Origin: Candidatus Dojkabacteria bacterium
GTDB taxonomy: Bacteria; Patescibacteriota; Dojkabacteria; JAOAGR01
Direction of reading: 5' to 3'
DNA: 64,000 nt
Assembly: GCA_025999155.1 (NCBI GenBank)
Contig: AP026679.1
Location: forward strand, 227,996 to 291,995
Part shown: piece after piece, positions 50,459-60,963 of the stretch
How positions within the stretch are numbered: position 1 is the stretch's first letter
Layout: each line of letters starts with the position of its first letter
Position numbers and translations under genes: made by a program
Notes under the pieces: model-generated
Database searches by the model: none
What the model saw: the letters and a program-made list of their open reading frames with translations, nothing else
What the model was told of the DNA's origin: nothing

Positions 50459-50795
50459 GACTACCACATAAGCCGGATTCTGTTTATGTGGTCATTTATC
50501 TACTCTCCCCACCAAAACTTGGGATTTCTTCGAATGGAGGTTGCCTGTATCTAACCATTACTGGCCAGATATGTGTGCTCTTACCACACATTTTCACCCT
50601 CACCACACATACCGTGTGGCAATATGTCTCTGTGGCCCTATTCGTAAAGTCACATCTACCCGACTTAATCTAGCAGAATTAGATCTACTAGACACCATCG
50701 GCATTCTTCCCCACTTAAGGGGCGAAGTCCGGACTTTCCTCCCATTTGTCTATTGTTTTAGATAATAGATTAATGGGCGACCACTTGTGGTAGTC
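50459..50795 (-). ncRNA. rnpB: RNase P RNA
   Basis: P1 terminal helix gactaccac/gtggtagtc; conserved GAGGAAAGTCC and ACAGAATCCGGCTTA; GGGTGAAA..GGTAAGAG. Confidence 0.93.
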
Positions 50796-50882
50796 TCAAT
50801 AATTATAAGCTCTTATGAAAAGATGTAAATATCATTACCTCAAAACAATTTACAAGACTATGAGTGTTTGTTAGAATGTTTC

Positions 50883-51560
50883 ATGCAGTTCAAGGTAATA
50901 GGAGATAATATGCAGGCTCTGCTTTTCTCCTTATCTCAAGGAGATCAATTATACGCGCAATCCGGTACTCTTCTGTATTATCGAGGAGACATCACACTCA
51001 ATGCAAAGACACACGGAGGTATTTTGAAATCAATAGGCCGGTCATTTTTTACCGGTGAACGTCTATTAATGTCACTCTTCACCTGTCATTCAGCCGGTGA
51101 AGTAGCACTAGCGGCACCCTATCCGGGCAAAATTATCCATATACCGTTACAGGGGCAAGAATTTATCGCAAGCAAAGGATCTTATTTGTGTTCCATTGGT
51201 CAAATAGATATAGGTATAACTTTTCTTAAAAAACTGGGTTTCGGACTATTTGGTGGACAAGGTTTTATATTACAAAAAATCAGCGGCTATGGAGATGTAT
51301 TTTTACACTCAGGCGGAAATTTCGTAGAGGTTAATCTAATACCTGGTGAAGTACTGATGCTAGATACCGGATCTCTCGTAATGATGGAAACTAGTATAGA
51401 CTACAATATTCAGTTTGTAGGAAGTATTAAAAATGCCATTTTCGGAGGAGAAGGACTTTTCTTAGCCAGACTTACCGGGCCCGGTAAAGTTATCGTACAA
51501 ACTTTATCATTCCAGCATTTGGCACAGCAAATCGCCCTTAAGACATATCTTCGTACCTAA
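50883..51560 (+). CDS. AIM24 / TIGR00266 family protein
   Basis: MQFKVIGDNMQ, APYPGKI, GLFGGQGFILQ, IFGGEGLFLARLTGPGKV. Confidence 0.9.
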   Translation: MQFKVIGDNMQALLFSLSQGDQLYAQSGTLLYYRGDITLNAKTHGGILKSIGRSFFTGERLLMSLFTCHSAGEVALAAPYPGKIIHIPLQGQEFIASKGSYLCSIGQIDIGITFLKKLGFGLFGGQGFILQKISGYGDVFLHSGGNFVEVNLIPGEVLMLDTGSLVMMETSIDYNIQFVGSIKNAIFGGEGLFLARLTGPGKVIVQTLSFQHLAQQIALKTYLRT

Positions 51561-51990
51561 CGTCGTAATAGAAATTTGGCAATCCTATACCCAGCTAATG
51601 AAGTAAAGTAAAATTGAAGATCTCTAGAGTCAGGTAGTTATCACCCTATGTCTGGCTCGGTATATGTATTAATACAACAGCTAGCTGGATTTGGAAATAC
51701 TCGCTTTTCCGGCTTTTTGATTCTTGATATACGAGTTATACAGTCTGCAAGTATCACCTGTCCATTGAAATTACTCATTCACTTCCACACTATTTAAAGC
51801 TATATTTTTTCATACAAAGATAAATATCAGAATAATAAAGATTCACACATCACTGACATGAATAAATCACTCAAATGATTTCAAGAACGCTTTAAATATC
51901 TACATTAATCAAATTAGAAACTTCACTAGAATTTTTGTAAAGTCATATTGACAAATATAGAATCTATATGTAGAGTATGCGGTCGAGCTT

Positions 51991-52509
51991 ATGATACTAA
52001 CAGCCTCAGCCATAAAAGATGCTATTCAGAAAGGTGAGATTATTATCGACCCTTTCGATGAAATTCGTCTAAACCCTAATTCATACAATCTTAGACTACA
52101 TAATGAACTGTATATTGTCCAAGACGACTGTCTTGATCTTAAAAAACCTTGTGAATATTCCGTTCTAACTATTCCCGAAGAAGGTTTGATATTGAATCCA
52201 GGGCGTCTTTACCTCGGTCGTACGGTAGAACATACCACAATAAAAACCTATGTGCCTATCATAACGGGACGCTCAAGTATAGGAAGACTTGGTATATTTA
52301 TTCATGCAACAGCTGGATTCGGAGATGTGGGTTTTTCGGGCTTCTGGACACTTGAGATATCCGTTATACAACCAGTACGTATCTATCCGTTCATAGAAAT
52401 TGCTCAGATTTATTTTCATACTGTTCAAGGTGAAATAATACCATACAAAGGCAAGTATCAGAACAATAAAGGAATACAAATCAGTAAAATTTCTCAAGAA
52501 TTAAAATAA
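51991..52509 (+). CDS. dcd: dCTP deaminase
   Basis: NPNSYNLRL, GRSSIGRLG, AGFGDVGFSG, TLEI, YKGKYQ. Confidence 0.93.
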   Translation: MILTASAIKDAIQKGEIIIDPFDEIRLNPNSYNLRLHNELYIVQDDCLDLKKPCEYSVLTIPEEGLILNPGRLYLGRTVEHTTIKTYVPIITGRSSIGRLGIFIHATAGFGDVGFSGFWTLEISVIQPVRIYPFIEIAQIYFHTVQGEIIPYKGKYQNNKGIQISKISQELK

Positions 52510-52661
52510 TTTAGATAGTGTTCTAGTACCGATACTAGGCAGAGAGATATTCGTAATTGGCTGGCACGTAATATTGTTGGTATTTTAATACTCCGGTTGC
52601 ACCTAGGCAATTGTAAAGACCAGCACATAGAAACTATATAGAATCTCATTCTCGAATGCTC

Positions 52662-53234
52662 TTATAGTTGACCAGGATATGCTTTTTTGATGAACACTTC
52701 AGTTATAAATAACAATACAAAAAATATAATAATATAAAATATAAACGGAATAGGTTCTGGAAACGTGTCGACCCCGTATCGAGCCCATGCATAACCATAT
52801 TCGTTCAACAAAATTAAGGGGATTTGCCAAATACAACCACCTGCAATTTGCCCTAGCGCTCCAATCAAAGTCACAATTAATATCAAAATATTAATATCCA
52901 ACACAAACCTTGGATACCTAGATAAATTTAAAATTGTCGGTAATTTGTCCTCAGAAAATACAATATTCAAAGTCCCAATAATAAGCAGGACAGGTACATA
53001 ATACCAGAACATCGGTATCAAAACCGACTCGTGAAAAAACTCATACGAAAATAGCCAGGAATAATTAGTCTTAAACTTAATAAATAATATTGAACCCGTA
53101 GTGAAAGCGAGAAGAGTAAGGAAATAGAATCGAAAACGTTTTCGAATTAATTTGACAAGAAGCACGATTACCAAACTCAAATACAAAGACAAAAAGCGAA
53201 TGCGTGCAATCATGCTTTTTCTTTTGTTATTCAC
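52662..53234 (-). CDS. Hypothetical membrane protein
   Basis: 190 aa, 4-5 TM segments, overlaps the rpsA stop. Confidence 0.7.
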   Translation of the reverse strand: MNNKRKSMIARIRFLSLYLSLVIVLLVKLIRKRFRFYFLTLLAFTTGSILFIKFKTNYSWLFSYEFFHESVLIPMFWYYVPVLLIIGTLNIVFSEDKLPTILNLSRYPRFVLDINILILIVTLIGALGQIAGGCIWQIPLILLNEYGYAWARYGVDTFPEPIPFIFYIIIFFVLLFITEVFIKKAYPGQL

Positions 53235-54477
53235 CTTCCCCTGAAGATTTAACGTTTGCTTTTGCTAATACACTAGTAATATCAAGTGAAACCCTAGGCT
53301 TTCGGACTTTGGGTTTTTTACTCTTCAGTGACGATTTCTTGTATTTAGCTTTAGGTTCTTGAAGTCTTTTTATACTTAATCCTATTTTTCTTTCGTTTGG
53401 TGAAATTGTTAATATCACAGCATCTATTTCATCGCCCACTTTGTAATAATCTCTTGGATCACCTATTTTCGGATCACTGAACTCACTTTTATGTACAAGA
53501 CCTGTTATCCCCTCACCTATCTTTACAATCAGACCGTAATCCTCTACCTCCGTTATAACACCTTTAACCCTGTTACCTACTTTCAATTCTGAAGACCTCT
53601 CAAGCCAGGGATCTTCTGTTAGCTGCTTCATACTATAAGCGACTCTCTTGCCATCGTCGCTGATATCGATTAGTTTAACTTTAACTTGATCCCCAACGAC
53701 TGCATAATCTGCAGGATTTTCAACTTTGTCCCATGAGATTTCTGAGACATGAACCAAACCATCTAATCCATTAGCATTGACAAAAATACCGTAAGTTGTA
53801 ACTGCCGTTACAGTACCCTCTAACACATCTCCTACTTTGACACTCTTCAGTATTTGTTGCCTTTGTTCTGCACCTTGATCAGTTAAAGCCAACCTTTCAG
53901 AAAAAATGATCTTAGACTTCTCTCTATCAATCTCCATTATTTTTACTTTTATCCTTGTACCAACTAGATCAGTTAATCGACGAGTTACCTCCCTTTGAAC
54001 TTCGTCTTTTGGTGCTGATTTATCCACATCCAATTTGTATACTCTATTAGGATCCAAAAGGGATGTGGGTATAAATCCCAAGACGCCGTCAATGCCAACG
54101 ATAAGACCCCCACTATTGACTTCAATTACATTTACTACAACGGACTGATCAGTTTTATAAGCCTCTTCAAGCAACTCCCACCTTTGTGCAGAAGTAGTAC
54201 GCTTTTGAGAAGCTATCATCAATCCATACTCATCTTCCTGTTTTACGACAAAAACTCTTATTTTATCCCCTACCCTCAATTCTTTTACTTCAGTCTCCAT
54301 CTCCGACTTAGGTACAACGGCATCAAATACTCCGTCTATTTTTACAATAATGTACGAAGGGGTGATTTTTAGTATTTCTCCTTCCGCTACACTACCTTTT
54401 TGATAACTTTTAACATGTGTATTTGCAAGACTTGTATCTATAAGTTTATATAAATTTGATTTAGTTTGGCCTACCAT
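53227..54477 (-). CDS. rpsA: 30S ribosomal protein S1 (four S1 domains)
   Basis: Repeated S1 motifs GFIPTS, DGLVHVSEISW, TGLVHKSE; start likely ATG 54477. Confidence 0.92.
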   Translation of the reverse strand: MVGQTKSNLYKLIDTSLANTHVKSYQKGSVAEGEILKITPSYIIVKIDGVFDAVVPKSEMETEVKELRVGDKIRVFVVKQEDEYGLMIASQKRTTSAQRWELLEEAYKTDQSVVVNVIEVNSGGLIVGIDGVLGFIPTSLLDPNRVYKLDVDKSAPKDEVQREVTRRLTDLVGTRIKVKIMEIDREKSKIIFSERLALTDQGAEQRQQILKSVKVGDVLEGTVTAVTTYGIFVNANGLDGLVHVSEISWDKVENPADYAVVGDQVKVKLIDISDDGKRVAYSMKQLTEDPWLERSSELKVGNRVKGVITEVEDYGLIVKIGEGITGLVHKSEFSDPKIGDPRDYYKVGDEIDAVILTISPNERKIGLSIKRLQEPKAKYKKSSLKSKKPKVRKPRVSLDITSVLAKANVKSSGEGE

Positions 54478-54582
54478 ATGAAACAAATTTCCTTTCCTCT
54501 TTATTATTATGCCAGAAAAAAAGTTTCATGTCATGTACATGTCATGTATAGGAATTAACACGAATATAAAAATAGATAGTCT

Positions 54583-55095
54583 TTAAGATAGAAAGTACCG
54601 AATGAGAAATAGCAAACCGATCATTTCAAAATATGCCAAAACAAAAAAATGAAAAAAAGACATCTGCAGAAGATGGGATAAACGCCTACACGCTCTCAAA
54701 TTAAGAAGGATTGTAGACAAAGCGATGAAAATATGCAAAATAGTAGGTAGATAAAGCCACTCTTTTGATATGAGCATGTCATAGTTTTCATCCATATCGA
54801 CATTGAGCCCGATTGTTTTGGGTAAATGTACAAAGTAAACCGAGACTATGCTGTAAAGGACAAAGGCAATAAATGTATGTAGAAATATCAAGTTCCACAT
54901 AGAAACATCTTTATAAAAACCAGTGACTTTTAGCTCTTCCAAGAAAAAGAAAAGCTTCTTTTTTAAGTTCCTAGAAACTATACTCAGTGTTGACTCCACT
55001 TGAAACCCTATTTGTAGGGGATAGACAACATCATCCTTTTTATGTACAAATTTACGCACAGAAGCTTTGTTTTTAATATCATTAAGCCTGATCAA
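54583..55095 (-). CDS. Hypothetical membrane protein
   Basis: Three TM segments; HLPKTIGL between TM1 and TM2. Confidence 0.65.
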   Translation of the reverse strand: MIRLNDIKNKASVRKFVHKKDDVVYPLQIGFQVESTLSIVSRNLKKKLFFFLEELKVTGFYKDVSMWNLIFLHTFIAFVLYSIVSVYFVHLPKTIGLNVDMDENYDMLISKEWLYLPTILHIFIALSTILLNLRACRRLSHLLQMSFFHFFVLAYFEMIGLLFLIRYFLS

Positions 55096-55147
55096 CGGAG
55101 TCCTTGTAATAAAGTATATGAAAGTTCATAACAATTACGAAGTCTAA

Positions 55148-55180
55148 TACTTAGTACTTAGTACTTAGTACTTAGTACTA
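55148..55180. repeat. Heptamer tandem repeat (TACTTAG)4.7
   Basis: tacttag x4 + tacta in the intergenic gap. Confidence 0.95.
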
Positions 55181-55193
55181 ATTACTCACACTT

Positions 55194-56513
55194 CTAATTA
55201 TCCTTCTTTCCTACGGTAATCTCTAGCGTCAAATATCTACCGTCTTCTAATTTACCATTCTCCGGAATTCTATACACCTCGACCGTAGTTTTCTGACCCG
55301 GTTCAAAATACAAGGTCAACGTAGAAGCAAGCGAAAAATCTATTTTATAACCACCAAGTTTCGTAATTATATCCCCTGGCCTAATATCTGCCTTAGCAGC
55401 AGGACTACTAGGCATCACTCTTACTACGTAAGCCCCAACAGGAAGACCGTAGGCAGAAGCAACAGAAGAATCTATCATACGATGGACGATTCCTAAGTAG
55501 GGTGAAATAATCTTATTATTATTCTTCAAATATCTATCCAAAATACGTAGTACTGTGGTATGAGGTATAGCATAACCGATATTATTAGCTACTAATATTC
55601 CCGCTGAGTTAACACCGATCACTTCACCATTCATATTTAACAAAGGACCCCCAGAATTACCACTATTTATCGCAGCATCAGTTTGAATCAAGCCTTCATA
55701 AGAATATCTTATTAATTGACCGTCTGTACCACACCTGCTTCCAGCTACGATATCTCTACCGATACCCGATATAATTCCGCGAGTGACCGACCCAGGATTA
55801 GCACCGAAAGGATTACCTATCGCAATTACTTCCTGACCAACGACAACACGAGCATCAGGATGAGCAAATTTCAAATAGGGAAATTTATTACCATTATTAT
55901 TTACACGTAAAATAGCAATATCCTGAGATGGCTCAACCTCGACTGAAGATACAGAATAAGTCTTATCCTCGTTAGTCAAGACAATTATATCTCTTGCTGA
56001 GGCACCACAAACTACATGCTGATTGGTAATTAATAAACCATCTTCAGAAATAAAAAAACCTGTCCCGCCACTTACGGTCTCCCGAGATTCTGGGTTAGTA
56101 TATTCACCTAAAGAAACATCAGGATCTTTAACAACTATAGTAACCACAGCAGGAGAAGAATTGCGTATCAGATCAAGAATCCTTCCTTCCGGTTGATATA
56201 TAGAAGAGGAACAAAACCTATTATCATTAATAACGACTTTGCCTGCGCTATCTTTTAAATTATCTTGATTCTGAGTTGAATTGGACGAAGAACTCTGTTG
56301 GGATCGATAATAATTGAAATACAGTACTGACCCCCCCACCAACAGCGACACAATAACTAATGTTACACATGAAACAAACAAAAGAAAGAATAATTTTCTT
56401 CCTTTTAATGAATGATACTGCCCATGAGGCGATGGGTACACAGATCCAACAACGCCTTGAACATTCAACTGTTGTTGATTATTTGAATCGGTATTAGGTC
56501 CCACGGAATGCAT
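55194..56513 (-). CDS. HtrA/DegP-like serine protease with PDZ domain
   Basis: TNQHVV, DIAIL, QTDAAINSGNSGGPL, one PDZ domain, N-terminal TM. Confidence 0.94.
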   Translation of the reverse strand: MHSVGPNTDSNNQQQLNVQGVVGSVYPSPHGQYHSLKGRKLFFLLFVSCVTLVIVSLLVGGSVLYFNYYRSQQSSSSNSTQNQDNLKDSAGKVVINDNRFCSSSIYQPEGRILDLIRNSSPAVVTIVVKDPDVSLGEYTNPESRETVSGGTGFFISEDGLLITNQHVVCGASARDIIVLTNEDKTYSVSSVEVEPSQDIAILRVNNNGNKFPYLKFAHPDARVVVGQEVIAIGNPFGANPGSVTRGIISGIGRDIVAGSRCGTDGQLIRYSYEGLIQTDAAINSGNSGGPLLNMNGEVIGVNSAGILVANNIGYAIPHTTVLRILDRYLKNNNKIISPYLGIVHRMIDSSVASAYGLPVGAYVVRVMPSSPAAKADIRPGDIITKLGGYKIDFSLASTLTLYFEPGQKTTVEVYRIPENGKLEDGRYLTLEITVGKKDN

Positions 56514-56574
56514 AAATATATATTAGACACAAGCAAGATAAGTTGTCAATCTCTTCGCATCATACTTTATTCAA

Positions 56575-57924
56575 CTATTGATTTTGCAATTCTTGTATGG
56601 CTGCCTCGATCTGATTATCAATGCCCTCTCTATAACTCTGCGGATCAAACTCGATGACCTTATCTGGCTGAATCGGGTTATCTCTTTCTAATCTCTTACC
56701 ATCCGGAAGCAACCAATATTCAATGGTAAGCTTTAAAGCTCCTAAGTTATTTGGTATTTCATAGACTGATTGTACAGTACCCTTCCCGTATGTTTTGACT
56801 CCTAAAAGTTTGTATCCTTTGTGAAATCTTAATGCGCCAGCTAAAATCTCGGAAGCAGACGCAGTACCTCCATTAATTAAAATCACAACATTTTTATCTT
56901 TTAACCGTGGATATCTCTGCTTTGTAGTAACCTTAATCTGACCATTATCTCTTGTCCGTGCCATTAAAACTAACTGTCCTGGCTCTATGAAATCGCCTGC
57001 AGCATGTATGGCAGCATCTAAATAACCCCCCCCATTACCACGTAAGTCTATTATTATATTTCTATAACCTTTACTATTAATTTCCTGTACTATTAAATCC
57101 CACTTTCTAGTCCATGTCTGCAGATCAGAATCTGTAAAACGATATATTTGAAGAACAACTGTATCTTGACCACGTTCCTCCAACCTTAAACTTTCTACTT
57201 TGATAGCAGACCTGACAATTTCTTTATCAATAGTCATTCTCGATACTGGATCAAAAAATTTGATTTTAACAGTAGTCCCAGCTGGTCCTCTTACTCTCGT
57301 AACTAAATCTTCAAGAGTATCTGATTCGACACTGACACCATCTACCTCTAAAAATACATAACCGTTCCTAACTCCGGCTTTGCTTGCTGGCGAATCAGGC
57401 AACACATCATTGACTACTATACGGTTCTCATAATAAGCCAATCGAACACCAATACCTTCAAAGCGGCCTTCCATACCTTCTTTATATCTCCGATAGTCCT
57501 CAGATGTCATATATACAGAATTTTGATCGCCAAGACCTGCTACTAGACCTTTTAGAGAATGTTCGAATAATTTCTTTTCATCGATGCTTTCAGGATCAAC
57601 ATACTTACTTTTAATATTAGCTACAATCTGCTTATATAAATCGAAGTCATAATATCGCAAATCAATTAGACTCTTTAACTGATCATCAGTATAAATTTCA
57701 AAAGCCGATGGATAATCTGAACTCGTTTGTCGGTTTGACACAAAATCGACGATACGATCTCCAAACTGAGACCGACCAACTACAAATCCAGAAGTGACTG
57801 ATATACATATAACTAAAATAATAGAAATGATGAAATTTAATCTATTGGGAATTGATTCGGACTTGAATAGATCCGGATAAGATATAGCATCTGATAAATT
57901 GTCATGATCTGTTCGGACACGCAT
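56575..57924 (-). CDS. S41 C-terminal processing protease (CtpA-like)
   Basis: FEGIGV PDZ, DLRGNGGGYL, TASASEI, TYGKGTVQ. Confidence 0.94.
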   Translation of the reverse strand: MRVRTDHDNLSDAISYPDLFKSESIPNRLNFIISIILVICISVTSGFVVGRSQFGDRIVDFVSNRQTSSDYPSAFEIYTDDQLKSLIDLRYYDFDLYKQIVANIKSKYVDPESIDEKKLFEHSLKGLVAGLGDQNSVYMTSEDYRRYKEGMEGRFEGIGVRLAYYENRIVVNDVLPDSPASKAGVRNGYVFLEVDGVSVESDTLEDLVTRVRGPAGTTVKIKFFDPVSRMTIDKEIVRSAIKVESLRLEERGQDTVVLQIYRFTDSDLQTWTRKWDLIVQEINSKGYRNIIIDLRGNGGGYLDAAIHAAGDFIEPGQLVLMARTRDNGQIKVTTKQRYPRLKDKNVVILINGGTASASEILAGALRFHKGYKLLGVKTYGKGTVQSVYEIPNNLGALKLTIEYWLLPDGKRLERDNPIQPDKVIEFDPQSYREGIDNQIEAAIQELQNQ

Positions 57925-58009
57925 ATGAGCTAATGATATTATAATTCTGAATCGATATCAATCAAAAATAATGTGAATATTTAGTAAAAATAATGAGAAT
58001 ATTGAATCA

Positions 58010-58915
58010 TCAATCTAGTTCTACATTTTTTTTATACACATTCATCTCTTCACCGTTTTTTCTGAAAAGCATGCGCACGTGATCTTTTTCATCTAGTTCT
58101 CCATTAAGACCCCAAAAAGGATGCTCAAAGACACAGCCTGACAATCGCTTAATGTTATCGGAAAAATACAATCGCTTCTTTCCCCAAAACACATCATAAT
58201 AATTCTCACTTAGAAATACGATTTTCTTAGCTAATATCTCGCCAAAGCCAGATAAAACCGCAAAACCATCTAATTTATTCAGTTCAGCAATGAAGGCATT
58301 GAAATCGTTAATAAAAATTCCATTTACAATAATTCTACGCGCACCAAAAGCTACCATTTTTGCTAAATCATCAACATAAACATTATCATCTACAAAATAG
58401 GTATTATCTAAAGCAGGAAAAGTGAATTTCTCTTGCTTTATCTCTTCTTTATCCTTTAAATAAACATTAGTACTTAATACATTACGACGGCTAAAATAAA
58501 CAGCCGGAATCAATGAGGTTGCATAAGTTCTTATAAAAATACTCTCTTTAGGTATATATTGCACTACACGACCATTAATATTTATTTTGCGCCGCACAAC
58601 ACGTTTATGACCAAGTATCCTACAGTGGTTATCAGTAATATCGACGATCCCTGCAAAATCAGCAATCATCATTTTTTGTCCTAATAATCCTTCCGTGAAA
58701 ACAATATCACCACGATTTACATATTGACCATTTACAACATGAAAACGTAGCTTTCGGGACTTATCAATTTCTATGTCTTCCAGGACTTCGGCTTCTTCTA
58801 ATTCATAAATCGTATAATTTTTCGTTATATCACCAATCCTACCAAAGAATTGGGCGTTTTTTGGGAGCGGAATACGAATTGTTAACTTTACTTTGCCTTT
58901 CATTTTATAAACCAA
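58010..58915 (-). CDS. Hypothetical protein (barrel-sandwich-hybrid-like repeats)
   Basis: VVNGQYVNRGDIV...ADFAGIV and ININGRVV patterns. Confidence 0.7.
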   Translation of the reverse strand: MVYKMKGKVKLTIRIPLPKNAQFFGRIGDITKNYTIYELEEAEVLEDIEIDKSRKLRFHVVNGQYVNRGDIVFTEGLLGQKMMIADFAGIVDITDNHCRILGHKRVVRRKININGRVVQYIPKESIFIRTYATSLIPAVYFSRRNVLSTNVYLKDKEEIKQEKFTFPALDNTYFVDDNVYVDDLAKMVAFGARRIIVNGIFINDFNAFIAELNKLDGFAVLSGFGEILAKKIVFLSENYYDVFWGKKRLYFSDNIKRLSGCVFEHPFWGLNGELDEKDHVRMLFRKNGEEMNVYKKNVELD

Positions 58916-59805
58916 TCTTGTATATCGCCGTTGTATATATACACGTTACCAGTGACCATTTTGCTGATCGAGCCTCCCTTAAAATACATCTCATAGTTAC
59001 TCTCCCCCAGTTCAAACATATAATTACTCACTGGAGGGATATCATATTGTACGTTGTTCGATGCATTTCTAAATATAATATTAAATCTCTTATTATAATC
59101 AGAGGTGTTGATGACTAGGTTATTATTCTTGAAGGTAAATTTTTCTTGAATGATATTTTCATGCTCAAGAAGTACTAGTATTTTGGCTAAATTATCCACT
59201 TTCGTCGTATATACAAACTGCCTTTCTGAAAAATGCAATGCGAGTGCAATATCCTCAATCTCTACATCTCCTAAAACACTTTCATCCCAAATTAGCCGTT
59301 TAATATCGAAATCTAGAAAATTTCGGATAAAACCGCTTAATATCCCGACTTTAGCGTACTTGATATGTTTATTATAGTCACTATATGAATAATCATTTCT
59401 GATAAAATCTGATAACAAAGCATTTAAAAAAAGATCTTGATCATCATTCACATAGGGTAAAATTTCATTGAGAACATTATGTTGAGAGATGTAACTAATA
59501 ATCTGTGAAGCACTCACATTACACCAGTACACCTGATCGGCAGAACAATACTCAAATATGATGTTATTGCGATCTTGTATAATGAGAATATCTCCGACAT
59601 CTAAGGGGAAAACCTTATAACCCGACCGAATATTTGATAGATCAAGAATATAATGAGTCTGGAAAGACGATCGTACTGATGGTAATATATTCTTCAACTC
59701 AATATTAACCCGTCCTTTTAAGATATCTACATCAAATACCTCGATGAAATCCTTATACTTAATTTGCACTGTATACTTCATCAGATTCAGTATATAAAAA
59801 TTCAA
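58900..59805 (-). CDS. Hypothetical protein
   Basis: 301-aa ORF overlapping the downstream gene. Confidence 0.7.
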   Translation of the reverse strand: MNFYILNLMKYTVQIKYKDFIEVFDVDILKGRVNIELKNILPSVRSSFQTHYILDLSNIRSGYKVFPLDVGDILIIQDRNNIIFEYCSADQVYWCNVSASQIISYISQHNVLNEILPYVNDDQDLFLNALLSDFIRNDYSYSDYNKHIKYAKVGILSGFIRNFLDFDIKRLIWDESVLGDVEIEDIALALHFSERQFVYTTKVDNLAKILVLLEHENIIQEKFTFKNNNLVINTSDYNKRFNIIFRNASNNVQYDIPPVSNYMFELGESNYEMYFKGGSISKMVTGNVYIYNGDIQDWFIK

Positions 59806-59921
59806 TGCAAATTACACCAACACACCCAAGGCAAAGTCAAGTGCGATAATGACAATTACTGCTGATCAAAATGGTACAGTAGGTAAGTAAAAGAGTACAT
59901 AACGCAAATAAGATAAACCTG

Positions 59922-60098
59922 TCAACGAGAAACGAAAGGCAAAAGAGCGAGAATTCTTGCCCTTTTCACAGCTTTGGTGAGCTTTCTTTGTAACTTAGCA
60001 CTGAAACCAGTCTTCGATCTAGGTAAAATCTTAGATCGTCTAGAAATGTAATTTTTGAGCAATTCCACGTTTTTATAATCAATATTCATCACGCTCAT
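59922..60098 (-). CDS. rpsR: 30S ribosomal protein S18 (short, no zinc-binding Cys)
   Basis: [39 protein letters not shown]; exact start uncertain. Confidence 0.95.
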   Translation of the reverse strand: MSVMNIDYKNVELLKNYISRRSKILPRSKTGFSAKLQRKLTKAVKRARILALLPFVSR

Positions 60099-60100
60099 TC

Positions 60101-60529
60101 TCAAATACCTAACTCATTAGCTACAGCTTGTACAGCACCATCTGTGTCTTCATCCATAGCAGCACCGTCATGTTTGAAATCTTTCTGCCCTGCCTTACTA
60201 TCTATTACGAACACATTAGACACCCTGACCTCAGTCTTGCGCTTGACTTGTCCATCTTCATCTTGCCAAGTCCTCGTCCTTAATTCTCCTTCAACATAAA
60301 CCTTCATCCCTTTTTTCAATTTTTTTGCACAGAACTCCGCCAATTTTGACCACGCGACAAGACTATGAAAATTTGTTAGCTCCGCATATGTACCATCCGG
60401 TTTTTTATAACGACTGTTAGTAGCCAGACCAAAAGTACATATATGTGAACCCGAAGGCGTTGTACGAATCTCCGGATCTCTCGTTAGATTTCCTATTAGC
60501 AATACTTTATTAAGTGATTTAGAAGACAT
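60101..60529 (-). CDS. ssb: Single-stranded DNA-binding protein
   Basis: [27 protein letters not shown]; rpsF-ssb-rpsR context. Confidence 0.95.
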   Translation of the reverse strand: MSSKSLNKVLLIGNLTRDPEIRTTPSGSHICTFGLATNSRYKKPDGTYAELTNFHSLVAWSKLAEFCAKKLKKGMKVYVEGELRTRTWQDEDGQVKRKTEVRVSNVFVIDSKAGQKDFKHDGAAMDEDTDGAVQAVANELGI

Positions 60530-60533
60530 AGTT

Positions 60534-60830
60534 TTATTCTGACTGTTTAATTAATAAAAACCTTAAAATATGTGAATTTGCTTTCAGCGACTTCTCGATG
60601 ATCTTTTTGATTATATCAGGAGTATTATCAAATTGATAGATCACATAGTAACCCTCTTTATGTCCTTTTATACTATATGCAAGTTGTCTTCTTCCCCACA
60701 CATCAATATTTGTAACTTTACCTTCATTAGTTTCTAGTATTTCAACTATTTTTGACTCCACCCCAAGCCGAACGTTATCAGGCAAGAGAGGCTTAATGAT
60801 TACCACTAGTTCATATCTTCGTTTTTGCAT
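60534..60830 (-). CDS. rpsF: 30S ribosomal protein S6
   Basis: RYELVVII, WGRRQLAYSI, GYY, ILRFL. Confidence 0.95.
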   Translation of the reverse strand: MQKRRYELVVIIKPLLPDNVRLGVESKIVEILETNEGKVTNIDVWGRRQLAYSIKGHKEGYYVIYQFDNTPDIIKKIIEKSLKANSHILRFLLIKQSE

Positions 60831-60963
60831 ACGTACATATTATAAATTTAACTAAGCAATGTTGATAACAGCCTTTCTACTCAAATTCAATATTTAGACA
60901 ATCGTTTTATATCACACAATATCTATTTTCGCAAGTACAAGAGATGCACGTCCGTAAGTAGTA

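Noticed and set aside
50488-50765. ORFs 50488-50673 and 50541-50765
   Set aside because: Antisense to the RNase P RNA.
51641-51778. 45-aa minus-strand ORF (MSNFNGQVILADCI...) resembling a DNA methyltransferase N-terminus
   Set aside because: The similarity covers only a few residues and no DPPY/SPPY motif follows.
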